DNA of 64,000 nucleotides from Escherichia phage ph0011. Under the pieces are notes generated by a model. It was not told where the DNA came from. It saw only the letters and a program-made list of their open reading frames with translations, and did not search any database. The position numbers were made by a program, and so were the translations under genes. Below, piece after piece: positions 29,221 to 38,265 of this stretch (positions are counted from its first letter, which is position 1; each line of letters begins with the position of its first letter). The stretch is taken from the sequence record OP557969.1; one strand, 5' to 3'.

Positions 29221-29762
29221 AATCCTGAAAGGTTCCTTTAAAGGAAACGTTTAAAACCTAATCCACTCGAAAATGTAGAGGGTAGATGAGTAGTCCTTTC
29301 AGTACGAACAGCAGATGAAACCCGTTAGATGATGGCATAGTTTGAACCACTCACGGCAATGCGGCTGTATAAAGAACTCCAATAGGATAAAGAGAGTTCC
29401 TCGATAGACATATAAGGATCGCACCTTACCAATTATCTAAGGGAGATTTCATGAGAAATATGCGGTCGGAATTATACAATATAGTTGCGTCCAAATTTTG
29501 TGAAATCAAATACAAGTACTGGTCATATGGTATTTGTATTATGTGTTGGGATGTTTAAGACCAACGACCGTTGCTACAAGAACCGCGATAGAGAGAAACC
29601 GAGCAACCCGCTTTCGTCTCGTATGAGAATTCGTGATATGAACTATGTGAAGACCACCAGCGTCAAATTTTTTTGTTCTTTCCCCTGCGGGGGGATGAAA
29701 TATGCTCAAACAAACCTCGTCAATATTAATTAAAAGAATTATTATTACTTGTAGAATTTGAC
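29221..29762 (+). other. ORF-free island of about 540 bp; candidate structured non-coding RNA or regulatory region
   Basis: No convincing ORF on either strand in an otherwise densely coding genome; appears locally G+C-richer by eye with several short inverted repeats (e.g. CCCCTGCGGGG at about 29682-29692). Confidence 0.3.
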
Positions 29763-30386
29763 ATGCGTAGCATGGATAATTCTACTGGTGTTGATGTAAT
29801 CAACATCACGTATATATTCATTGAAGTTTCCACAGGAATAATGATGGCATTTATTAAAAAACAAAAAACATTTACCTATAAGACTTTGGATTTTATTGAT
29901 TGCGAAAATCAAACACAGAATGAAGATAACTTTACTGGATTTGTTGTTATTAAAGAAAAAGGATGTATTTCGTATATCAAGGAATTACAAAATGGAATTG
30001 AAGTAACGTCGGTTAAATTACTTCCTACACAAAAGCCAACAATATCCAAAGCACAATATGGTAATTATTTTGAGGAAAGATATAGTAATAATTTAATAAG
30101 TGTTAAGGCTCATATTATAAAAGGAGAACTAGAAGGAGAATATAGAAAATTCAATCCACAAGGAAAATGTGTTTGGGTTAAATACTTCAATTCAGGAAAT
30201 GATGTAACATCTGAAATAATTGAGTTTTTAGGTTTAACATGTACCCCTGAAACTCTTCATGACTACAAATTTAATGCTGAAGAAGAGTTTAATCTGATGA
30301 TGCGTTATGGAACACATTTTAAATTTTTATATGAATATAACATTGACAGTGGTGTTTTTGATAGGATAGTACAAAACTGTCTTTAA
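29763..30386 (+). CDS. hypothetical protein with MORN/YwqK-like repeat segment (start uncertain)
   Basis: ATG ORF; segment GEYRKFNPQGKCVWVKYFNSG resembles MORN-type repeats; alternative ATG further downstream. Confidence 0.45.
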   Translation: MRSMDNSTGVDVINITYIFIEVSTGIMMAFIKKQKTFTYKTLDFIDCENQTQNEDNFTGFVVIKEKGCISYIKELQNGIEVTSVKLLPTQKPTISKAQYGNYFEERYSNNLISVKAHIIKGELEGEYRKFNPQGKCVWVKYFNSGNDVTSEIIEFLGLTCTPETLHDYKFNAEEEFNLMMRYGTHFKFLYEYNIDSGVFDRIVQNCL

Positions 30387-30402
30387 CAAAAGGATTTATA
30401 AC

Positions 30403-30927
30403 ATGTCGAAGAAGGATACTTCGAAGAAAAAGCAATCAGTACATTTCAGTACTGGAAAAGATAACTGGACAACTCCAAAGGATTTCTTTGAAGAGTTGGA
30501 TGAGTTATGGGGATTCACACTTGATGCTGCTTGTGTTGATGAGACGGCATTATGTGAAAATTATTTTACACCAAATGACGATTCTCTATCACAGGATTGG
30601 GGAAAGAATATAGTTTGGTTAAACCCGCCATATAGTGATTTGAAAACATGGTTATCTAAAGCAGTAGATGCGTATAATAAAGGAGCAACAGTCGTAATTC
30701 TAGTTCCATCACGAACTGATACAATAGCCTTCCATGAATATGCTGCAAAAGTTTGTGATTGTATTTGTTTCATTAAAGGAAGATTACGATTTGGTATCCC
30801 AGAAGAACCAGAGAAGAAGACAGATTCAGCACCATTTCCTTCATGTCTTATAGTTCTTGATAATTACTTAACTACTGCTAAAATAAATTATCTTAAATCT
30901 ATTGGGTTGGTAATGAAGAAACTATGA
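30403..30927 (+). CDS. dam: DNA N6-adenine methyltransferase, phage Dam family
   Basis: ATG after AAGGA; motifs WTTPKDFFEEL and catalytic NPPY (VWLNPPYS) typical of phage N6-adenine methyltransferases. Confidence 0.88.
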   Translation: MSKKDTSKKKQSVHFSTGKDNWTTPKDFFEELDELWGFTLDAACVDETALCENYFTPNDDSLSQDWGKNIVWLNPPYSDLKTWLSKAVDAYNKGATVVILVPSRTDTIAFHEYAAKVCDCICFIKGRLRFGIPEEPEKKTDSAPFPSCLIVLDNYLTTAKINYLKSIGLVMKKL

Positions 30928-31457
30928 AAGAAACATGTATTTTATCATTTATGAGATGTAACCCTGTACATAATGGACATGGTTTAGTTTTTGAAAAGGC
31001 CAAAACATTACAAGAACAGTACAATGCTGATTTGAAAATATATCTAAGTACCAGTACTGACAATATAAAAAACCAACTCCCACCTGAACTAAAAATGTAT
31101 TATACAGAGGGATTTTATCCTTCAGTACAAGAGAACATCTACACCGAAGACAATCTATTTGATATAATGAGAGAACTGGATGGAAAATACTTAGATGTAT
31201 TTTTCATATGTGGTTCAGACCGTATTGAATCTTTTCAGAAAACTCTTGACAGTTACAATGGGAAATTATATAATTTTTGTAATATAAAAGCAATTCAAGC
31301 AGGTATTGATCGCCAATCAAGTCAATATAGTTCAACACAAATGCGTAACTTCGCAAAAAATGAAGATTTTGATAATTTTCGAGAATTTTTACCAGGTAAT
31401 GATGAGGACTTAAAAATTCAATTATTTGAAGATGTTATCAAATACATGAGGAAATAA
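30924..31457 (+). CDS. HxGH-motif nucleotidyltransferase (NMN/NaMN adenylyltransferase-like)
   Basis: ATGA overlap with dam; N-terminal CNPVHNGHG (HxGH) and C-terminal SSTQMRN (ISSTxxR-like) motifs. Confidence 0.7.
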   Translation: MKETCILSFMRCNPVHNGHGLVFEKAKTLQEQYNADLKIYLSTSTDNIKNQLPPELKMYYTEGFYPSVQENIYTEDNLFDIMRELDGKYLDVFFICGSDRIESFQKTLDSYNGKLYNFCNIKAIQAGIDRQSSQYSSTQMRNFAKNEDFDNFREFLPGNDEDLKIQLFEDVIKYMRK

Positions 31458-31459
31458 CT

Positions 31460-31753
31460 ATGACAGTACTGTTCAAAACTAATCCAGTTCTTTGGGAACA
31501 AAATGAGCAAGCAGGATTCCGTTCTATCCATGTTGAATACAAGGGTAACACGGTAGTTGCAATTATTGCTAATAAAACTTTAGGAAAATGGACTGCACAA
31601 GTTGTTCCTATGGGATATTCTTATACATCTGATGAGGTAGAATTTTTGGCTGATCTTTATCGTCAAATGCCTTTTATCATTAATGTTCTAGAACAAAGTG
31701 ATACATTAACACATGAAGATGTAATCAACTTTCTTGGAAACTTACATGTGTGA
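31460..31753 (+). CDS. hypothetical protein
   Basis: ATG after GAGGA; 97 aa. Confidence 0.6.
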   Translation: MTVLFKTNPVLWEQNEQAGFRSIHVEYKGNTVVAIIANKTLGKWTAQVVPMGYSYTSDEVEFLADLYRQMPFIINVLEQSDTLTHEDVINFLGNLHV

Positions 31754-32033
31754 TGTGATTAATCTTACTGGATATTTTTTACAAGAATCAATGATTAAAT
31801 TTAGTGAACACTTTCCAGTACTGGATGGTATAGAAATGTGGCATGTTAAGCCACTTTTCAACTCTTTCAGTAAAGAGCACAAAATGTTATTGACAGAAGC
31901 GAGTAAATCTAATAACATATGTGAAATCAAGATTGGTGTGAATGTCTATAAAGGGTTGGTAATCTTTTTTGACAATAACAGCAATTATTTTTATATTGTT
32001 AAGGAGCATTACGTTGACAAATACAAATACTAA
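31746..32033 (+). CDS. hypothetical protein
   Basis: In-frame ATG at 31746; 95 aa. Confidence 0.45.
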   Translation: MCDVINLTGYFLQESMIKFSEHFPVLDGIEMWHVKPLFNSFSKEHKMLLTEASKSNNICEIKIGVNVYKGLVIFFDNNSNYFYIVKEHYVDKYKY

Positions 32034-32625
32034 TACATACTTTAGATATCTTCGCCTTGGTCTTTCCCTACGTCCTATTCGTGGTAAGTGTGATTCGCTT
32101 ACAGATCTTGATTATGCATATGCATTACATCATGAAGGTGTACAGTATGTATTAGGTGATTATGGCGAATTTGAAGAAACAAATGACAGTACTGCTATTA
32201 ATGCAGGTGTTGAAAATCTTAACAACATTGCTAATAGTTCTCGTCATGATATTGTGTTACAAATCCAGAACTTTATTGAACAACACACAGGTAAACGTGT
32301 TTGGTGCTATGTAGGCACTGATGCACAAATGTCAATTTCCTTCGGGAACGATGAAGGATATGTTGCACAGCTTATTATGGATTTTGAATCTGAAGAGAAG
32401 TTTTTAGAATTTAAAGAGAAAATCATCCAGTCACTCGTTGATATGGGTATCCCAGAAGATAAAATGCCAGAAGTTCAAAACATCGATGAATTTGTTTTGA
32501 TTCCATCTGATGAAAAGTATGATGCAATGTTTACTGCTCTTAATATTCCCGGAGTTATTGTGGAGTACTTTGATGATGGTGATGATAGTATCTATATCGA
32601 CCTAGATGATGATGATGATGAATAA
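32014..32625 (+). CDS. hypothetical protein with poly-acidic C-terminus, probable TTG start
   Basis: No in-frame ATG; TTG at 32014 is 7 nt after AAGGAG; C-terminal DDGDDSIYIDLDDDDDE. Confidence 0.45.
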   Translation: MTNTNTNTYFRYLRLGLSLRPIRGKCDSLTDLDYAYALHHEGVQYVLGDYGEFEETNDSTAINAGVENLNNIANSSRHDIVLQIQNFIEQHTGKRVWCYVGTDAQMSISFGNDEGYVAQLIMDFESEEKFLEFKEKIIQSLVDMGIPEDKMPEVQNIDEFVLIPSDEKYDAMFTALNIPGVIVEYFDDGDDSIYIDLDDDDDE

Positions 32626-32632
32626 TGCAAAC

Positions 32633-32659
32633 AGCCCGACATAAGTTCGGGCTATTTTT
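32633..32659 (+). terminator. rho-independent terminator
   Basis: AGCCCGA-CATAAGT-TCGGGCT hairpin followed by ATTTTT. Confidence 0.6.
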
Positions 32660-32671
32660 GTAAGGAAAAAT

Positions 32672-32941
32672 ATGAATTACAAAAATATACAATTCACTTA
32701 TATGGAATTATTTAAATTACACCATAAAAACAGAAGTTCTAACACAATTATTAAAAATGCGTTTACCCATAAACTATGGACAAATTACCTAGAAGAATTG
32801 CGTGAATATTTTGTTGATACTGAAATTTTCATTGGTGGTAAAAAACGAAAAATACTTAGAGTCGATAGTTTTGGTGGTCGATTAGTTCTTTCATATAAAC
32901 TTAATAACGATCTATGTTCTGTGAATTTGGTAGATTTATGA
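32672..32941 (+). CDS. small hypothetical protein, family C (N-terminal NIQFTY motif)
   Basis: ATG after AAGGA; MNYKNIQFTY; C-terminal beta-rich segment shared with next four genes. Confidence 0.6.
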   Translation: MNYKNIQFTYMELFKLHHKNRSSNTIIKNAFTHKLWTNYLEELREYFVDTEIFIGGKKRKILRVDSFGGRLVLSYKLNNDLCSVNLVDL

Positions 32942-33198
32942 ATTATAAAGATTTCCAATTTACATTCAAATATATTCGTAGTATAGCAGATAAAAATAAT
33001 AGTGTGTTTTTAGAAGACACATGTTCTGAAATGATTAATACTGTTCGTGATAGGATTAAAGAAAAATTCAGTACTGTTATTATTAACGATGAACATGCAG
33101 AATTTTCAGATATAATAATTCGACGAGATGGTAAAGTTGAGGTTCAGTACTACACTGATTTTGGATTTACCAGTGTTACGTTGGAGATATTCCCTTGA
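32938..33198 (+). CDS. small hypothetical protein, family C
   Basis: ATG at 32938 (ATGA overlap); MNYKDFQFTF. Confidence 0.55.
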   Translation: MNYKDFQFTFKYIRSIADKNNSVFLEDTCSEMINTVRDRIKEKFSTVIINDEHAEFSDIIIRRDGKVEVQYYTDFGFTSVTLEIFP

Positions 33199-33506
33199 GA
33201 TTAAATTTAAATGATATTCAATTTACATATAAAAATATATACGATTTGTATGATATGTATCTTTTTAGTGGGAAGATTGGTAACCATACTGAATCAAAAG
33301 AATCACCATTTATCCAAAATTACTTTGATTACTTAGATGCAGTTGGTGAATATATAAAAAAGAATTACAGTACTTACACTGATGGAGATGATATGTTTGA
33401 ATATTCAGGTATAAAATCTTATCAAGGAATTATCCATGTTGAGTTTCTTGAAAAAACTGATAGGGAGTTTATAGAGATCAAAGTGATGAAGTTAACGGAC
33501 CTGTAA
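33195..33506 (+). CDS. small hypothetical protein, family C, probable TTG start
   Basis: TTG after GGAG; LNDIQFTY motif. Confidence 0.5.
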   Translation: MRLNLNDIQFTYKNIYDLYDMYLFSGKIGNHTESKESPFIQNYFDYLDAVGEYIKKNYSTYTDGDDMFEYSGIKSYQGIIHVEFLEKTDREFIEIKVMKLTDL

Positions 33507-33516
33507 GGATTGACAT

Positions 33517-33807
33517 ATGATTCTTAATGATATACAATTCACATATAGAGTTTTATACATGGAGTACTCTCATACTGATCCTAAAGACTATCACTATTAT
33601 GAAACCTTTCGAACGATATGGATTGAATTTTTAGATGAATTAAAAGCGTATTACGGTAGTGTTCGTATTGTTCGTGATGGTAGAATTTACACTTGTAAAG
33701 ATGTTGTCAGTCATAGTGGTAAGCTACGATTAGAATTATATACAGAAGGACATGGTTGGATTGGTGTAAATTTACTGGATTTAGATAATGAAACACAACT
33801 TAAATGA
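33517..33807 (+). CDS. small hypothetical protein, family C
   Basis: ATG after AAGGA; MILNDIQFTY. Confidence 0.6.
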   Translation: MILNDIQFTYRVLYMEYSHTDPKDYHYYETFRTIWIEFLDELKAYYGSVRIVRDGRIYTCKDVVSHSGKLRLELYTEGHGWIGVNLLDLDNETQLK

Positions 33808-34066
33808 CATACAAGTGTTCTATAGCTTCGTATATGAATCTTATGCATCAGAAGGTTACTATGAAAGTGTGTATTATTTTTTATGGCAACAATACCGTAC
33901 TATAGTACGAGATTTATATATAGGAAAATATATAACATACTGTGATAGTAGAATGATGTGCACAGATGTTCTTAGTTATCATGGTAGGTTGGTATTCCAG
34001 TTCGAAGACAGTGAAGGTAGTATGTCTTTAAATGTAAGAGATTTAAAAGGAGTGCATTTTGAATAA
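33788..34066 (+). CDS. small hypothetical protein, family C
   Basis: ATG ORF; NLNDIQVFY motif. Confidence 0.55.
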   Translation: MKHNLNDIQVFYSFVYESYASEGYYESVYYFLWQQYRTIVRDLYIGKYITYCDSRMMCTDVLSYHGRLVFQFEDSEGSMSLNVRDLKGVHFE

Positions 34067-34259
34067 GTGTCCATATTGTAACAGTACTCAATTAGCTCGT
34101 TTCCGTTTAGATTCAGACTGGGCCACTGGTGCTGGTGATTTCTTTCCTATCAATGATGATGCAGAATATACAGAAGAACAGCACAAAGATTTTGATAAAT
34201 CATGGCGACCTGACATTGAGTGCATTTATTGTCTTAATTGTGAGCGTATACATGACTAA
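34059..34259 (+). CDS. small zinc-ribbon protein (CxxC...CxxC), probable TTG start
   Basis: TTG after AAAGGAG; CPYC ... CIYCLNC cysteine pairs. Confidence 0.45.
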   Translation: MNKCPYCNSTQLARFRLDSDWATGAGDFFPINDDAEYTEEQHKDFDKSWRPDIECIYCLNCERIHD

Positions 34260-34515
34260 AGCTGAACTGATCGTACAAACACTGCGTTTATTGAGGGATT
34301 TAGATATCCCACGCATGGATGTGAAACTTGAAGATATCTACATTGAATCTCTTAGTGAAGATTACACCGATACCGTAATGATGCTGAATGACGTGCTTTA
34401 TCGTATAGATAGCATCAGTCGTCTTGGAAGTACTTTAAAAGTGAATATGGAAAGAGTTGATAAACTTTATGTACATATATATAGTCTACCTATTTCAATA
34501 TTAAACTATAGATGA
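34252..34515 (+). CDS. small hypothetical protein
   Basis: In-frame ATG at 34252; 87 aa. Confidence 0.4.
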   Translation: MTKAELIVQTLRLLRDLDIPRMDVKLEDIYIESLSEDYTDTVMMLNDVLYRIDSISRLGSTLKVNMERVDKLYVHIYSLPISILNYR

Positions 34516-34802
34516 ATATTATATTGATACAAAAAACATATGCGTTATTGATGAAAGAATATACTAATACTTATGATGAAAAGTGCAGTGCAAATCATAA
34601 TATGTATAAATTCATTACCCAAGAGTACAGGGATTATATATATGCTGCGTTAGTGGGTAGATATTTCAGTACTAAAAAACGTAAAGAACTCAAAGTTGTA
34701 GATATTACTTTTTTCTACAACGGGCATATAACAATTCATGGTGTTGAACATAATTCACAAATATATCGTAACTATTCATTCAATGAGGTAACAATTATAT
34801 GA
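34512..34802 (+). CDS. small hypothetical protein
   Basis: ATGA overlap; 96 aa. Confidence 0.5.
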   Translation: MNIILIQKTYALLMKEYTNTYDEKCSANHNMYKFITQEYRDYIYAALVGRYFSTKKRKELKVVDITFFYNGHITIHGVEHNSQIYRNYSFNEVTII

Positions 34803-34981
34803 GAGTAGTATTTTTTATCTGGAGTCTTTTCTCACTAGCAGTACTGACAGTTTCAGGTGCTTATTCTTTTTTAACAATGAACACATGGTATGTTAATTTA
34901 CTATTCCCAATTGTTGGTGTCGGTTTAGGATTTACTTTACATAGTGTATGTAAGGATTACAATGACAAATACAACAAATGA
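34799..34981 (+). CDS. small predicted membrane protein
   Basis: ATGA overlap; two hydrophobic segments in 60 aa. Confidence 0.45.
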   Translation: MRVVFFIWSLFSLAVLTVSGAYSFLTMNTWYVNLLFPIVGVGLGFTLHSVCKDYNDKYNK

Positions 34982-35240
34982 AGTTCTTATTGCTGAAACA
35001 ATGAATATGATTTATTTTATTACTACGGCACAGGATTTGTCTTATCCAGTGAAATCGTTACTTAGGTCAATGTATATTGATATTGTAAAAGAATATTATA
35101 AATCTAAACACAGAAGTATTATTAGTGTTTATCGTGATTATGAAAGGATTCGTATTTTATTCTGGAACAAGAACCGAGTTCGTGAGGAATGTGATCTAGT
35201 AGATTTTAAATTAGAGAATCTTTATTGTTACAAAATTTAA
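34962..35240 (+). CDS. small hypothetical protein
   Basis: In-frame ATG at 34962 after AAGGA. Confidence 0.5.
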   Translation: MTNTTNEVLIAETMNMIYFITTAQDLSYPVKSLLRSMYIDIVKEYYKSKHRSIISVYRDYERIRILFWNKNRVREECDLVDFKLENLYCYKI

Positions 35241-35296
35241 AAGATGATAAATATTTTACAAAAGAATGTTTTTTTAGAAAAAAAAGGATTTTGTAA

Positions 35297-36781
35297 ATGA
35301 AAGTATGTACGAATTTAAATGTTACTGGTGATATAACGTCTAATGGGATGACGTTAAGCAAGAATCATAATTATGAGAATTTTAGTGACCTACAAGAAAG
35401 ATGTACTAAAATGCTTTTACAATTTGATAAACCTGAAGTATACGATCCTGATATTACTATTACAATAACTACTAAAAATGTAAATTATACATATAAAGGA
35501 CCAATTGATGGTATGTGTGATATAGAAAATCCTTCATTGTATAAAATTTCCATGTATGTATACACTGACAAAGAGTATTTTATAAACGATGTACAATTAT
35601 CAGATGATGGTAGTTTTCATTTTTCTAAAACGAATAATGGCTCAAAACAATTTAGACTAATTAGAATATCTGATAATAAATGGATTGATACATTAGAATA
35701 TGCATTATTGACTAGAAGTTATATAATACCAGAAACTGAAGATTCGCAAGTTAGAAATACAATGAAAGATCGTTGTTACACATATGATCAAGCGGCAGTT
35801 GCTATTGCATTAATGGTACAAAACCACCCAGAGATGGATAGATATGTATATGGTTTGTGTCAATTGGTTGAGGAAAATGGTGGAATAAAATTTTTTGTTA
35901 ATAGGATATCGGCATTTTCCAATAGAGCATACTATAGAATGGGTAATGCTGCATGGGTATTATATGGATTAGCTTTTTACTTATGGAAATTCCCAGATGG
36001 GGTATATGCGAATTTGGCCCGTGAAAAACTTTTGTTAGGGTTAGAATGGGTATCAACTTTTAAAGTAACTACACCCGGTGATAAAAGAGAAGGTTTATAT
36101 ATGGGTGGAAAAGGAAAATTTATCAATAATGGTTCTCAATTTGACCCGAATTACATTGCTAGTTGGTGTGCAATGGAACACAATTTAGATCTTTGGTTTT
36201 TATTTGATCTATGCTCTGTTATTGGAATTCAGAATTATGATACAATAGCAAAGGAATTACATAATAATATAAATGATAAATTGTGGATAGAAAGTGAAGG
36301 ACGTTTTCGTCAAGGTGTACATGAAACAACAGATGATAATGCTGCTGCATTAGATCAATCATCATGGGGTGGTTTGTATTCTTTATATGCAGATGGTAAT
36401 GATACAAAAGCAGTAAAATGTCACAAATATATGGAACGTTTTATGTTTGGTACGTTGGAATGTGAGGGATATACGCCTTATAATAAATTATTTGGTTATC
36501 CAAATGCAGTACAAGGTGTATGGACTGAAGGAACTGCTGGTGTGGCTTTGTTTGAACGTGCATTGGGTAATGACAGAACTGCCGCAAAATTAATTGCTAA
36601 TTTGAAGCCTATATGTGACCCAGTTTATGGATATCGTGACTCATGTGATGACCCAGATTACGATGTTCTTCCAGATTGGCCTTCCTCGTGTAATACAGCA
36701 TGGATTATTCTGGCTATTAACCCACAAGGTTTCTGGAAAGTTGAAGCCCCACTGATGGATATTGGGCTTGTGAAATATTAA
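35297..36781 (+). CDS. large hypothetical protein, possible alpha/alpha-toroid (six-hairpin) glycoside-hydrolase-like fold
   Basis: ATG after AAGGA; 494 aa; repeated aromatic/Gly-rich segments (NAAWVLYGLAFY, LDQSSWGGLY, VWTEGTAGVALF, SCNTAWIILA); fold call is my pattern-based guess. Confidence 0.5.
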   Translation: MKVCTNLNVTGDITSNGMTLSKNHNYENFSDLQERCTKMLLQFDKPEVYDPDITITITTKNVNYTYKGPIDGMCDIENPSLYKISMYVYTDKEYFINDVQLSDDGSFHFSKTNNGSKQFRLIRISDNKWIDTLEYALLTRSYIIPETEDSQVRNTMKDRCYTYDQAAVAIALMVQNHPEMDRYVYGLCQLVEENGGIKFFVNRISAFSNRAYYRMGNAAWVLYGLAFYLWKFPDGVYANLAREKLLLGLEWVSTFKVTTPGDKREGLYMGGKGKFINNGSQFDPNYIASWCAMEHNLDLWFLFDLCSVIGIQNYDTIAKELHNNINDKLWIESEGRFRQGVHETTDDNAAALDQSSWGGLYSLYADGNDTKAVKCHKYMERFMFGTLECEGYTPYNKLFGYPNAVQGVWTEGTAGVALFERALGNDRTAAKLIANLKPICDPVYGYRDSCDDPDYDVLPDWPSSCNTAWIILAINPQGFWKVEAPLMDIGLVKY

Positions 36782-36793
36782 TTATAATAAAAA

Positions 36794-36825
36794 ATGAACA
36801 TATAAAAATATATGTTCATTTTTTT
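36794..36825 (+). terminator. rho-independent terminator
   Basis: ATGAACATATA-loop-TATATGTTCAT hairpin followed by T7. Confidence 0.6.
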
Positions 36826-36826
36826 A

Positions 36827-36854
36827 TGGACATTATTAATATTTGTGATATAAT
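36827..36854 (+). promoter_or_regulatory. sigma70-like early promoter with extended -10 (TGTGATATAAT)
   Basis: TGGACA-N16-TGaTATAAT directly downstream of the terminator. Confidence 0.5.
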
Positions 36855-36894
36855 ATTGGATAAGGAACAATAACTAACACAAGGAGTGTGGAAA

Positions 36895-37623
36895 GTGCTT
36901 GACCGTATCCGTTTTGCCACAGAGATGGCGAATGAATTAAACATGGCAAATTTTCAAATGTTAACATCAGTGATGGCTGAACATGCATGTGCTTATTCTG
37001 TAAGTGGTGTGCAGTGTGGTCAGGAGAATATGTTAGCAGATGTATATAGCGAAGTTCAAAGTAAACAATACAGTGTAAAGACGTACAAGGATAAGTTCGT
37101 TAGTCTTTATATGAATGAAGACATTTCAGAAGACCGCAAATATACTGATTTTATTATTGAACGAAGAGTATCAGGTGTATCTAATCCTAACGCACCAAGT
37201 GATGAAGTTTTTTCAGAAGTACTGAAAGATATATACGAAAATGAATTGAAAAGTAAGAATCATTACAATGTACGTGAAACTAACACTGTGCTCTTGGGAT
37301 ATGATGAAGACGATCAATATTATTATTTCCGTATGACAGAAGTCCCTTTTGAATACAAATCACCAAGTACTACTGCTGTAAAAGAATTTACCGAGAAAAG
37401 CAAGAACTACAAGAAACATGAAGGCAACCGTTGTAGTATAAATGGTTATAATGAAGATGGTGTTCATATATATGAATGGGTTCATCCTAATTGCCAGACA
37501 TATACCCGTTGCTTGAAGAAACGTTATAATTTAGAAGACAATGAATCCTTCTACTTTAAAGTTAAGAAACAAAGCTATACTCGCCCTGAAGATTCAGAAT
37601 TGATGGGTATGGTATATTTCTAA
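36895..37623 (+). CDS. hypothetical protein (start uncertain: GTG at 36895 or ATG at 36925)
   Basis: ORF track frame; AAGGAG at 36881-36886. Confidence 0.5.
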   Translation: MLDRIRFATEMANELNMANFQMLTSVMAEHACAYSVSGVQCGQENMLADVYSEVQSKQYSVKTYKDKFVSLYMNEDISEDRKYTDFIIERRVSGVSNPNAPSDEVFSEVLKDIYENELKSKNHYNVRETNTVLLGYDEDDQYYYFRMTEVPFEYKSPSTTAVKEFTEKSKNYKKHEGNRCSINGYNEDGVHIYEWVHPNCQTYTRCLKKRYNLEDNESFYFKVKKQSYTRPEDSELMGMVYF

Positions 37624-37632
37624 GGAACTGTT

Positions 37633-37914
37633 ATGGATTTTTACCTACACACATGGTCATACGAACAATACATTACATTATATCTTGAGATTATTAATAC
37701 TGATCCCAGATATGGTTGTGATTTTGCTGATATTATAAAAGAGTATGCAGATGAGTTTGAGTTTGTATATCTTGGCTCTGACCTATTCGTGAAGAGTGTA
37801 GGTAAAACCGGACGCATCACTGAGATTGATTATGATACTGTTAGTGTGAATTTCTATGTTGATTTTCCTTGTGATGGCGTTGATGGTGTATATTGTCTAT
37901 ATGAAATAATTTAA
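37633..37914 (+). CDS. hypothetical protein
   Basis: ATG after AAGGA; 93 aa. Confidence 0.6.
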   Translation: MDFYLHTWSYEQYITLYLEIINTDPRYGCDFADIIKEYADEFEFVYLGSDLFVKSVGKTGRITEIDYDTVSVNFYVDFPCDGVDGVYCLYEII

Positions 37915-37931
37915 ATTTTTAGGCCAGCGTT

Positions 37932-37955
37932 TGCTGGTCTTTTTTCGCAGGTACA
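37932..37955 (+). terminator. rho-independent terminator
   Basis: GGCCAGC-GTTT-GCTGGTC hairpin followed by T6. Confidence 0.6.
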
Positions 37956-37958
37956 AAG

Positions 37959-38258
37959 ATGATTAGTATAGATTTAATTAACAGTACTATAAAGTTGTTG
38001 GCTGATGTAGTGAGAGAATCCAATGGAACTGTATACCCATCAATGTATAAAATCTTTGAACGATACATCAAGGATTGTAACATATCCTTATATGGACTGG
38101 CGGTTGATATAGACGACCACTATGAAATTAATACTTCATATAAAACAGGAATGTTAATTGGTATTAATATGATGGGATATTTTCCTTATTACTGTATAGG
38201 ATTACCAGATAGTACTATGGTAGATTACCCAGCCAGTACTATTAAATTAAGAGGATAA
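37959..38258 (+). CDS. hypothetical protein
   Basis: ATG ORF 99 aa. Confidence 0.55.
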   Translation: MISIDLINSTIKLLADVVRESNGTVYPSMYKIFERYIKDCNISLYGLAVDIDDHYEINTSYKTGMLIGINMMGYFPYYCIGLPDSTMVDYPASTIKLRG

Positions 38259-38265
38259 AACTAAA

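Noticed and set aside
29485-29733. 82-aa + strand ORF inside the non-coding island.
   Set aside because: Would need a TTG start with no RBS, has Cys/Arg-rich composition unlike neighbouring proteins, and sits in a region that looks structurally rather than codon constrained.
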